From Pseudomonadota bacterium (GTDB lineage Bacteria; Pseudomonadota; Gammaproteobacteria; Burkholderiales; Sulfuriferulaceae): a stretch of DNA of 64,000 bases. Of the stretch, positions 56,416 through 64,000 are shown piece by piece. The stretch lies in contig JAZKBM010000007.1 in assembly GCA_040388645.1 (NCBI GenBank), positions 160,942-224,941 on the forward strand, written 5' to 3'. Position numbers and translations under genes: made by a program. Position 1 is the stretch's first letter. Every line of letters starts with the position of its first letter. The notes beneath the pieces were generated by a model. It had not been told where the DNA came from, ran no database searches, and saw only the letters and a program-made list of their open reading frames with translations.

Positions 56416-57516
56416 ATGACAAATTCCTATCGTTACTTTTCAAAATCGGTATGGCTGGCAATGGGCTTGCTGGCAATCGGGCTGCTGGTGGTTTTGCCGA
56501 TACTGCATCTGGGTGTGGATAAACATAGCTCACTGTATGTATCCAGCTATGCCATCACCCTGATCGGCAAGATCATGTGCTATGCCATCGTGGCACTGGC
56601 AATGGATCTGGTGTGGGGCTACGCGGGCATTCTTTCGCTTGGCCATGGGGTGTTTTTCGCGCTGGGCGGTTATGCATTCGGGATGTATTTGATGCGTGGC
56701 ATCGGTACGGATGGCGTATACCACGCCAGTGTGCCGGACTTCATGGTGTTCCTCGACTGGAAAACGCTACCCTGGTTCTGGCAAGGGACCGATCATTTCG
56801 CCTACAGCCTGCTACTGGTGATTCTGGTACCGGGTCTACTGGCATTGATGTTCGGTTTCTTTGCATTCCGTTCGCGCATCAAGGGGGTGTATCTGTCCAT
56901 CATTACCCAGGCACTGACTTTTGCGGCCATGCTGCTGTTTTTCCGTAATGAAACCGGCTTCGGTGGCAACAACGGTTTTACCGATTTCAAGCGGGTACTG
57001 GGTTATTCCATTACCGCGCCAGATACCCGCGTTGCCATTTATGTGCTGACCGGCGTGGTGTTGCTGGGTTCGCTCATGCTGGGGCGTTACATTGTGACTT
57101 CCAAATATGGGCGGGTGCTCGCAGCCATCCGCGATGCCGAATCGCGCGTCATGTTTTGCGGCTATAACCCGGTCAGTTACAAACTCTTCATCTGGACATT
57201 ATCGGCTGTCCTTTGCGGCATCGCCGGGGCGTTGTATGTGCCTCAGGTCGGTATTATCAATCCGAGTGAAATGGCGCCTGCCAACTCGATTGAAATTGCC
57301 ATCTGGACTGCGGTGGGCGGGCGCGCCACCCTGATTGGCCCGATCCTCGGGGCGGTCCTGGTGAATGCGGCAAAAAGTTATTTCACGGTCAGTTTTCCAA
57401 ACTACTGGCTGTTTTTCCTGGGTGCGATTTTCATTGTCGTCACGCTTTATCTTCCGCAGGGATTAATGGGATTGTTGAGTGCATTGCGCCGCAAGATGAT
57501 GGGTGAGCGGAAATGA
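56416..57516 (+). CDS. urtC: Urea ABC transporter permease UrtC
   Basis: 366-aa LivM-like permease (DLVWGYAGILSLGHGVFFALGGY) located between urtB and urtD. Confidence 0.9.
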   Translation: MTNSYRYFSKSVWLAMGLLAIGLLVVLPILHLGVDKHSSLYVSSYAITLIGKIMCYAIVALAMDLVWGYAGILSLGHGVFFALGGYAFGMYLMRGIGTDGVYHASVPDFMVFLDWKTLPWFWQGTDHFAYSLLLVILVPGLLALMFGFFAFRSRIKGVYLSIITQALTFAAMLLFFRNETGFGGNNGFTDFKRVLGYSITAPDTRVAIYVLTGVVLLGSLMLGRYIVTSKYGRVLAAIRDAESRVMFCGYNPVSYKLFIWTLSAVLCGIAGALYVPQVGIINPSEMAPANSIEIAIWTAVGGRATLIGPILGAVLVNAAKSYFTVSFPNYWLFFLGAIFIVVTLYLPQGLMGLLSALRRKMMGERK

Positions 57517-58346
57517 ATACTTCAGTCACTGAAAATAACGAGGTGCAGGACGGCGGTGCATTGACCGGGCTTGCCCACTTTGTGCAGCCGGGCCAGTTGG
57601 ATGCCAGTCATGGCCCGGTATTGTATCTGGACGATATCACCGTCAGTTTCGATGGTTTCCGGGCGCTCAATAAACTCAGCCTGACCATAGACAACGGCGA
57701 GTTGCGTTGCATCATCGGGCCCAATGGGGCCGGCAAGACCACCATGATGGATGTGATCACCGGCAAAACCAGGGCAGACAGCGGCACGGCATTCTTCGGC
57801 CAGACCATGGATCTGACCAAAATGAACGAGGCCAAAATTGTGCAAAGCGGCATAGGCCGAAAATTCCAGAAGCCGACTGTGTTCGAGCAGCACAGTGTGT
57901 TCGAAAATCTGGAGCTTGCCATGCAGGCAGATCGGGGCGTGTGGGCGACTTTGTTCGCCAGGCTGGATAACGAATCACGTGATCGTATCTCGGATACGCT
58001 CAAGCTGATTCGCCTTCAGGATAGCGCTGATCGTCCTGCCGGGCTGCTCTCGCACGGCCAGAAACAATGGCTGGAAATCGGCATGCTGCTGATTCAGCGT
58101 CCCAAATTGCTGCTGCTGGATGAACCAGTGGCAGGCATGACCGATGAAGAAACCGACCGCACGGCCGAACTTTTCTTGTCACTGGCCGGTAAACACTCTC
58201 TTATGGTCGTGGAACATGACATGGCATTCATTGGGCAGATTGCCAAAAAAGTGACGGTGTTGCACGAAGGCAGTGTGCTGGCCGAAGGCAGCCTGGATCA
58301 GGTGCAAAACAACGAACGTGTGATCGAGGTTTATCTGGGACGCTAA
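57513..58346 (+). CDS. urtD: Urea ABC transporter ATP-binding protein UrtD
   Basis: Walker A (GPNGAGKTT), ABC signature (LSHGQKQWLEIG) and Walker B (LLLLDEP) are all present. Confidence 0.9.
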   Translation: MNTSVTENNEVQDGGALTGLAHFVQPGQLDASHGPVLYLDDITVSFDGFRALNKLSLTIDNGELRCIIGPNGAGKTTMMDVITGKTRADSGTAFFGQTMDLTKMNEAKIVQSGIGRKFQKPTVFEQHSVFENLELAMQADRGVWATLFARLDNESRDRISDTLKLIRLQDSADRPAGLLSHGQKQWLEIGMLLIQRPKLLLLDEPVAGMTDEETDRTAELFLSLAGKHSLMVVEHDMAFIGQIAKKVTVLHEGSVLAEGSLDQVQNNERVIEVYLGR

Positions 58347-59038
58347 TGTTTAAAGTCGAACAACTCAATCAATACTACGGTGGCTCGCACATTCTGCGAG
58401 ATGTCGGGTTTACGCTGGAAGCCGGGCGCGTCACTTGTCTGCTGGGCCGCAATGGGGTGGGCAAGACCACGCTGTTGAAATGCCTGATGGGCTTACTGCC
58501 GGCGCGTTCCGGACATATCGAGTTTGCCGGAACCGAGATTACCCGGCTTTCGTCGCACGCTCGTGCCCACCTTGGCATTGGTTATGTGCCACAGGGACGC
58601 GAAATATTTCCGCGTTTGACGGTCGCAGAAAATCTGCAAATGGGACTGGCCGGGCTGCCTGCCCGGGAAAAATTGCCACCGCTCATTTTTGAATTATTTC
58701 CGGTCCTGAAAGACATGCTGCACCGGCGTGGCGGTGATCTGTCCGGCGGACAGCAGCAACAGCTCTCGATTGGCCGTGCGCTTGCCATGCGCCCGAAAAT
58801 ATTGATTCTGGATGAGCCCACCGAAGGCATACAGCCCTCCATCATCAAGGACATCGAACGCGCTATCCGGCGCTTGTCCGGGGAAAGTGAAATGGCGATT
58901 TTGCTGGTTGAGCAATATTACGATTTTGCCCGTGATCTGGCGGATCAGTATCTGGTCATGGTGCGTGGTGAAATCATCAAGCACGGCGAAGGGAAAAACA
59001 TGGATGCAGATAACGTGCGCAGCTATCTGTCAATTTAA
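58346..59038 (+). CDS. urtE: Urea ABC transporter ATP-binding protein UrtE
   Basis: Walker A (GRNGVGKTT), signature (LSGGQQQQLSIG) and Walker B (ILILDEP) are all present. Confidence 0.9.
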   Translation: MFKVEQLNQYYGGSHILRDVGFTLEAGRVTCLLGRNGVGKTTLLKCLMGLLPARSGHIEFAGTEITRLSSHARAHLGIGYVPQGREIFPRLTVAENLQMGLAGLPAREKLPPLIFELFPVLKDMLHRRGGDLSGGQQQQLSIGRALAMRPKILILDEPTEGIQPSIIKDIERAIRRLSGESEMAILLVEQYYDFARDLADQYLVMVRGEIIKHGEGKNMDADNVRSYLSI

Positions 59039-59066
59039 TCAATCAACACCGAATCAATCAATCGAT

Positions 59067-60923
59067 ATGTCTGGTCAAAACATGCAAATAAACGCACCTG
59101 AGATGCCAACCATGGGATGGACCATCAGCCAGTGGCGCGCTGCCTATCTTCAGGATCAGGCTGATCCTGCCGAGCTGCTTGGGGAGCTACTGGCAGGTTT
59201 GCAACATGACGATCCAGCCTGGATCATGATTGTGGATAGCGCCACACTCAAGCAGCAGCTGGGAGCACTTTCCGCCGCGCTGGAAAAGATGAACGGCAAG
59301 CGTAGTCACCTGCCGTTGTATGGTATTCCATTCGCGATCAAGGACAACATGGATGTGGCCGGATTGCCAACGACGGCGGCGTGTCCGGCTTTTGCTCATG
59401 TGGCTGAACACGATGCGACTGTCGTGGCGCGTTTACGCGCGGCTGGTGCGATTTTGCTAGGCAAAACCAATCTGGATCAGTTCGCCACCGGGCTGGTGGG
59501 GGTGCGTTCGCCTTATGGCGTAGTGACCAATCCTTTTAATCCGGCCTATATCGGCGGCGGCTCCAGTTCGGGTTCTGCCTCGGTGGTGGCGCGTGGCAAT
59601 GTTCCCTTCGCGTTGGGTACAGATACCGCCGGATCCGGGCGCGTGCCTGCCGCTTTCAATAATCTGGTGGGGTTGAAGCCTACGCGCGGATTGGTCAGCA
59701 ATACGGGTGTTTTGCCGGCTTGTCGCACGCTGGATTGCGTCTCTGTGTTTGCTTTGAACGTGGAGGATGCCGGCAGTGTGCTTGATGTGATTGGCGGCTT
59801 CGATGCCGTGGATCCCTATTCACGCCACAGTGTGCCGGATCAAGTGGCCGTACGCATGGATAAAACGCCGCGTTTCGCCATTCCACAACAGCCGGATTTT
59901 TGCGGCGATGAGGTACAGGCCGCTGCCTATATGGCAGCTCTGGTACAAATGCGCGAGCTGGGTGTCACCTTGGAGCCGATAGATTTCAGCCCGATGCAGG
60001 CGCTGGCAGCTCTGCTCTATGAGGGTCCATGGGTAGCCGAGCGCTATGCTGCCATTGCCGAATTCATTACAGATCATGCGGCGGATATGCACCCGGTAGT
60101 ACGTGACATTATCGAACGGGCAGCACGCTACAATGCAGTCGATACGTTCAAGGCTGAGTACCGTCGCGCTGAACTCAAACGCGCACTGGATATGGTGCTG
60201 GCGGATTTTGATGCGCTACTGGTGCCCAGTACGCCTACTTTGCCAACGTTGGCGACGGTGGAAGCAGAGCCGATCGCAGTCAACAGTCAACTGGGCATTT
60301 ACACCAATTTCGTCAATCTGGGCGATTGTGCCGCGCTGGCATTGCCTGCAGGCTGGCGCAGCGATGGCTTGCCGTTTGGCGTGACGCTGATTGCCCCGGC
60401 ATGGCGCGATCGCGCCTTGCTGGATTTTGCCCAGCGCTGGCAGTGCCATGCGCCCTGGACACTGGGCGCAACGGGGCGCGAGTCTCCCGCTGACCGTACT
60501 GTGTCGGCAGAGCCAGTTGCACTCGCACCGGGATATGTTCGCCTTGCCGTGGTCGGCGCGCATTTGACCGGTATGCCCCTGAATCATCAGCTTACGACGC
60601 GTCACGCACAATTTGTGGAGCGCACGCAGACGGCATCTTGCTATCGTCTGTATGCCTTGCCCAATACCACACCGCCCAAACCCGGGTTGGTACGCGATGC
60701 GCAAAATGGCAGTGCAGTCGAAGTGGAAGTCTGGGATGTGCCGACCGGCGGGTTTGGCGCATTTGTCGCAGAAGTGCCCGCGCCTCTGGGTATTGGTAGC
60801 CTGGAGTTGCAGGATGGCAGCATGATCAAGGGATTCATCTGCGAATCGTGGGCGTTGCGGGGCGCGACCGAAATCACCGCGCTGGGCGGCTGGCGTGCAT
60901 ATCTGGCGCAATTGAATAATTAA
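59067..60923 (+). CDS. atzF: Allophanate hydrolase
   Basis: The start is taken at MSGQNMQ (59067). The amidase signature region is [14 protein letters not shown]...[15 protein letters not shown], and a C-terminal allophanate-hydrolase-specific domain follows. The track ORF begins inside urtE. Confidence 0.9.
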   Translation: MSGQNMQINAPEMPTMGWTISQWRAAYLQDQADPAELLGELLAGLQHDDPAWIMIVDSATLKQQLGALSAALEKMNGKRSHLPLYGIPFAIKDNMDVAGLPTTAACPAFAHVAEHDATVVARLRAAGAILLGKTNLDQFATGLVGVRSPYGVVTNPFNPAYIGGGSSSGSASVVARGNVPFALGTDTAGSGRVPAAFNNLVGLKPTRGLVSNTGVLPACRTLDCVSVFALNVEDAGSVLDVIGGFDAVDPYSRHSVPDQVAVRMDKTPRFAIPQQPDFCGDEVQAAAYMAALVQMRELGVTLEPIDFSPMQALAALLYEGPWVAERYAAIAEFITDHAADMHPVVRDIIERAARYNAVDTFKAEYRRAELKRALDMVLADFDALLVPSTPTLPTLATVEAEPIAVNSQLGIYTNFVNLGDCAALALPAGWRSDGLPFGVTLIAPAWRDRALLDFAQRWQCHAPWTLGATGRESPADRTVSAEPVALAPGYVRLAVVGAHLTGMPLNHQLTTRHAQFVERTQTASCYRLYALPNTTPPKPGLVRDAQNGSAVEVEVWDVPTGGFGAFVAEVPAPLGIGSLELQDGSMIKGFICESWALRGATEITALGGWRAYLAQLNN

Positions 60924-60934
60924 TTGGGGTTGCC

Positions 60935-63900
60935 ATGTTCCATACCGTATTAGTTGCCAATCGAGGCGAAATCGCTGTCCGCACCATTCGCACCCTGAAA
61001 AAAATGGGCGTGCGCAGCATCGCGGTTTACTCCGATGCCGATCGCAATGCCCGCCATGTGGTCGATGCCGATGAGGCGGTTGCACTGGGCGGAAACAGCC
61101 CGGCCGAGAGCTATCTGTGCGGCGACAAAATAATCGAGGCAGCTCGGGCCACCGGGGCGCAGGCCATTATTCCCGGCTACGGATTCCTATCCGAGAATGC
61201 TGATTTTGCCGAGGCGTGTGAGGCCGCAGGGCTGATGTTTATCGGACCTACACCGCACCAGATGCGCCAGTTTGGTCTCAAGCACACGGCGCGTGAAATT
61301 GCTGGTGCGGCGGGTGTATCCCTCACGCCGGGTACTGGCTTGCTTGCCGATCTGACCGAGGCTATCAGGGCTGCCGCACAATTGGGTTACCCGGTCATGC
61401 TCAAAAGCACAGCGGGTGGCGGCGGGATCGGTCTAAGCCGCTGCAATAATGAGGCCGAACTGATAGAGGCATTTGAAACTGTGCAGCGCATGGGGAAAAA
61501 TTTCTTCAGCGATAGCAGTGTGTTTCTGGAACGTTTTGTGGAAAATGCCCGTCATGTTGAAGTGCAGATTTTCGGCGATGGGCAAGGCAACGTAGCTGCA
61601 TTGGGTGAGCGCGACTGTTCGCTGCAGCGCCGCAACCAGAAAGTCGTTGAAGAAACGCCCGCGCCGAACTTGCCTGTTGCTACGCGCACGCTGTTACTTG
61701 AGGCCGCCGTCAGGCTGGGCAAGGCGGTCAACTATCGTTCAGCTGGAACCATCGAATTCATTTACGACGCAGCGCGTGACGCATTCTATTTTCTGGAGGT
61801 CAACACGCGTTTGCAGGTTGAACACCCGGTGACCGAAGCGGTCACCGGGATTGATCTGATCGAGTGGATGATCAGCACCGCCGCGGGCGAACCGCCTGCC
61901 CTGGATGCACCTATCGTGCCAAAGGGCGCGGCTATTGAAGTACGCATCTACGCTGAGGATCCGGTAAAGAATTTTCAGCCTTCTCCTGGCGTGCTGACCG
62001 AGGTGGTGTTCCCGGATGACGTGCGCGTGGATACCTGGGTGGCTACCGGGGTGGAGGTCTCAGCGCATTATGATCCGATGCTGGCCAAGCTGATTGCCTA
62101 TGGCGACAACCGTGAAGCGGCATTGGCCAAGCTGATCGAGGCGCTCGATACGACACGCATTGCCGGGATCGCCACCAACCTGGATTATTTACGCCAGGTG
62201 GTGGCGTCGCCGGTATTTGTCAGTGGCAATGTGTCGACCGCTGCGCTGGAAGGGTTCCGTTTCCTGCCGTCGGTGATCGAGGTGGTTGAAGCTGGTACCT
62301 ATTCCACCGTACAGGATTATCCGGGACGCATCGGCTACTGGGATATCGGCGTGCCGCCGTCCGGCCCGATGGACGATTACGCATTTCGTCTGGCTAACCG
62401 CATCGTCGGTAATCATCACAGTGCCGCGGCACTGGAATGCACCATCCAGGGTGCGACACTCAAATTTCATTGTGCAGCCACTATTGCCTTGAGTGGCGCG
62501 CCAACAGCAGCAACCCTGGATGGAAAACCAGTCGCATTCTGGCAGGTGATCAAGGTTGAAAGCGGTCAAAAACTGGTGATCGGCAAAGTATTGAGCGGCT
62601 GTCGCACCTACCTTGCAGTACGTGGCGGGTTGGATGTGCCGGTGTATCTGGGCAGTCGTTCGACCTTTGCATTGGGACAATTTGGCGGCCATGGCGGACG
62701 GCCGCTCAGAAGCGGGGATATGCTCGCAGTCAGCCGCCCGGCATTGGCGGCCTGCACCACCCCCGCACCTTGTTATACCGAGTCGGCAGCGCCCGCTGAA
62801 TTGATACCCGAATACAGTCAGGACTGGGAAATCGGCGTGCTGTATGGCCCGCACGGCGCGCCGGATTTCTTTACCGATGACGCGATTGCGATGTTTTTTT
62901 CCACTGCCTGGGAAGTGCACTACAACTCCAATCGTCTGGGCATCCGTCTGAATGGCCCCAAGCCTACCTGGACACGCAGCGATGGCGGTGAAGCCGGTTT
63001 GCATCCGTCCAATGTTCACGATTGTGAGTATGCGATCGGCAGCATTAACTTCACCGGCGATATGCCGGTTATTCTGACACGCGACGGCCCCAGTCTGGGT
63101 GGTTTTGTATGTCCGGCCACGATTGCCCGCGCCGAGTTGTGGAAAGTCGGTCAGGTGAAACCGGGCGACCGTATCCGTTTCCGCCCGCTGGATTTCGATG
63201 ACGCGCTGGCACTGGAGCGTGCTCAGGATCATGCAATCGAAACGCTCAGCCCCATGCCTGCCTTGCCGAAAGTCAAACTGCCCACCTTGCTGCCTGCCGG
63301 CACCGTATCGGCTTGTGTGTTGCGTGAATTACCTGCGCAGGGTGAACAGCCGGCCGTGGCATATCGCCAGGCCGGGGATAAATATATCCTGATGGAGTAT
63401 GGCGCCAATGTACTCGATTTGCATTCGCGGCTGCGTATTCATGCCTTGATGGAGGCGCTCAAAACCCATCCGGTCGACGGCATTCTGGAGTTGTCTCCCG
63501 GCGTTCGCTCGCTGCAGATTCATTACGACAGCCGCATCCTGCATCAGACGGCATTGCTCGATACCCTGTGCGCGCTGGAAGCACAATTGCCAGCTGCCGG
63601 AAGCATGCGCGTACCCAGCCGGATTGTGCATCTGCCGCTGGCGTTTGAGGATAGCGCCACGCTGGATGCAGTAGCGCGCTATCGGCAATCAGTCAAGGAC
63701 ACCGCGCCATGGCTGCCGAGTAATGTTGAATTCATTCGTCGTATTAATGGCCTCGCCAGTCAGGAAGCGGTGCGTGATATCGTGTTCAATACCAGTTATA
63801 TGGTGCTGGGGCTGGGTGACGTATATCTGGGCGCACCGTGCGCGGTCCCGATCGATCCGCGTCATCGCTTGCTCACTTCCAAATACAATCCGGCACGCAC

Positions 63901-64000
63901 CTACACGGCTGAAGGCACGGTCGGCATCGGTGGCGTCTACATGTGTATCTACGGCATGGATTCGCCCGGCGGTTATCAGCTGGTCGGACGCACTTTGCCG
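60935..64000 (+). CDS. uca: Urea carboxylase (biotin-dependent), 3'-truncated by the window edge
   Basis: The reading frame is open from ATG 60935 to 64000 (1022 codons, no stop), which is why it is absent from the ORF track. It starts with [25 protein letters not shown], the biotin carboxylase domain. KipA/KipI-like carboxyltransferase regions follow (...[15 protein letters not shown]). Confidence 0.9.
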   Translation, partial: MFHTVLVANRGEIAVRTIRTLKKMGVRSIAVYSDADRNARHVVDADEAVALGGNSPAESYLCGDKIIEAARATGAQAIIPGYGFLSENADFAEACEAAGLMFIGPTPHQMRQFGLKHTAREIAGAAGVSLTPGTGLLADLTEAIRAAAQLGYPVMLKSTAGGGGIGLSRCNNEAELIEAFETVQRMGKNFFSDSSVFLERFVENARHVEVQIFGDGQGNVAALGERDCSLQRRNQKVVEETPAPNLPVATRTLLLEAAVRLGKAVNYRSAGTIEFIYDAARDAFYFLEVNTRLQVEHPVTEAVTGIDLIEWMISTAAGEPPALDAPIVPKGAAIEVRIYAEDPVKNFQPSPGVLTEVVFPDDVRVDTWVATGVEVSAHYDPMLAKLIAYGDNREAALAKLIEALDTTRIAGIATNLDYLRQVVASPVFVSGNVSTAALEGFRFLPSVIEVVEAGTYSTVQDYPGRIGYWDIGVPPSGPMDDYAFRLANRIVGNHHSAAALECTIQGATLKFHCAATIALSGAPTAATLDGKPVAFWQVIKVESGQKLVIGKVLSGCRTYLAVRGGLDVPVYLGSRSTFALGQFGGHGGRPLRSGDMLAVSRPALAACTTPAPCYTESAAPAELIPEYSQDWEIGVLYGPHGAPDFFTDDAIAMFFSTAWEVHYNSNRLGIRLNGPKPTWTRSDGGEAGLHPSNVHDCEYAIGSINFTGDMPVILTRDGPSLGGFVCPATIARAELWKVGQVKPGDRIRFRPLDFDDALALERAQDHAIETLSPMPALPKVKLPTLLPAGTVSACVLRELPAQGEQPAVAYRQAGDKYILMEYGANVLDLHSRLRIHALMEALKTHPVDGILELSPGVRSLQIHYDSRILHQTALLDTLCALEAQLPAAGSMRVPSRIVHLPLAFEDSATLDAVARYRQSVKDTAPWLPSNVEFIRRINGLASQEAVRDIVFNTSYMVLGLGDVYLGAPCAVPIDPRHRLLTSKYNPARTYTAEGTVGIGGVYMCIYGMDSPGGYQLVGRTLP

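Noticed and set aside
58812-59066. N-terminal extension of the allophanate hydrolase ORF into urtE
   Set aside because: It overlaps the urtE coding frame. Homology starts near MSGQNMQ... at 59067.
60216-63232. Reverse-strand ORFs of 289 aa (60216-61085) and 347 aa (62189-63232)
   Set aside because: They are antisense to allophanate hydrolase and urea carboxylase, whose plus-strand frames are unambiguous. Both are shadow ORFs.
1-64000. Search for CRISPR arrays, tRNA/rRNA genes, IS elements, integrases and long direct or inverted repeats
   Set aside because: None was recognised by eye. The only clear tandem repeat is the 15-bp coding repeat at 36428-36502. A systematic scan (tRNAscan, Infernal, repeat finders) would be needed to exclude small RNAs.

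Overview
This is a 64-kb chromosomal window. Gene content and order suggest a flagellated betaproteobacterium of the chemolithotroph/Nitrosomonadales type, but that is inference only because no database search was possible.

Left to right:
- 1-145: the 5' end of a response-regulator gene behind a near-perfect sigma-28 promoter.
- 340-10108: a tightly coupled central-metabolism block of malic enzyme, sdhCDAB, an SdhE module reading without a stop into gltA, and sucAB.
- 10127-11178: hsp20-psiE behind a sigma-32 promoter.
- 11244-32760: a flagellar and c-di-GMP region. It holds flhDC, a membrane methyltransferase, motAB, flhBAF, a P-loop-less flhG-like gene, fliA and motCD. Three GGDEF-EAL proteins and two HDOD proteins are interleaved with these.
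- 33372-35347: a spondin_N-like secreted protein and a DUF4396-like membrane protein.
- 35494-44021: the most interesting feature, an 8.5-kb complex-I-like cluster. It encodes only NuoA, one NuoB::NuoD fusion, and NuoH/J/K/L/M/N homologues. NuoC/E/F/G/I are absent. The B/D fusion has no cluster-N2 cysteines, and its quinone-site motifs appear degenerate. In their place it carries a CPMH...CPKCGM heavy-metal-binding domain and a His/Met-rich tandem repeat.
- 44068-49936: asmA-family, ZIP transporter, rimO and sbcB genes.
- About 50000-53300: an AT-rich islet with two secreted proteins of unknown function.
- 53350-64000: a sigma-54 promoter, urtABCDE, allophanate hydrolase and a 3'-truncated urea carboxylase.

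I found no rRNA, tRNA, CRISPR array, transposase or integrase. Many long reverse-strand ORFs in the track are antisense shadows of GC-rich genes.
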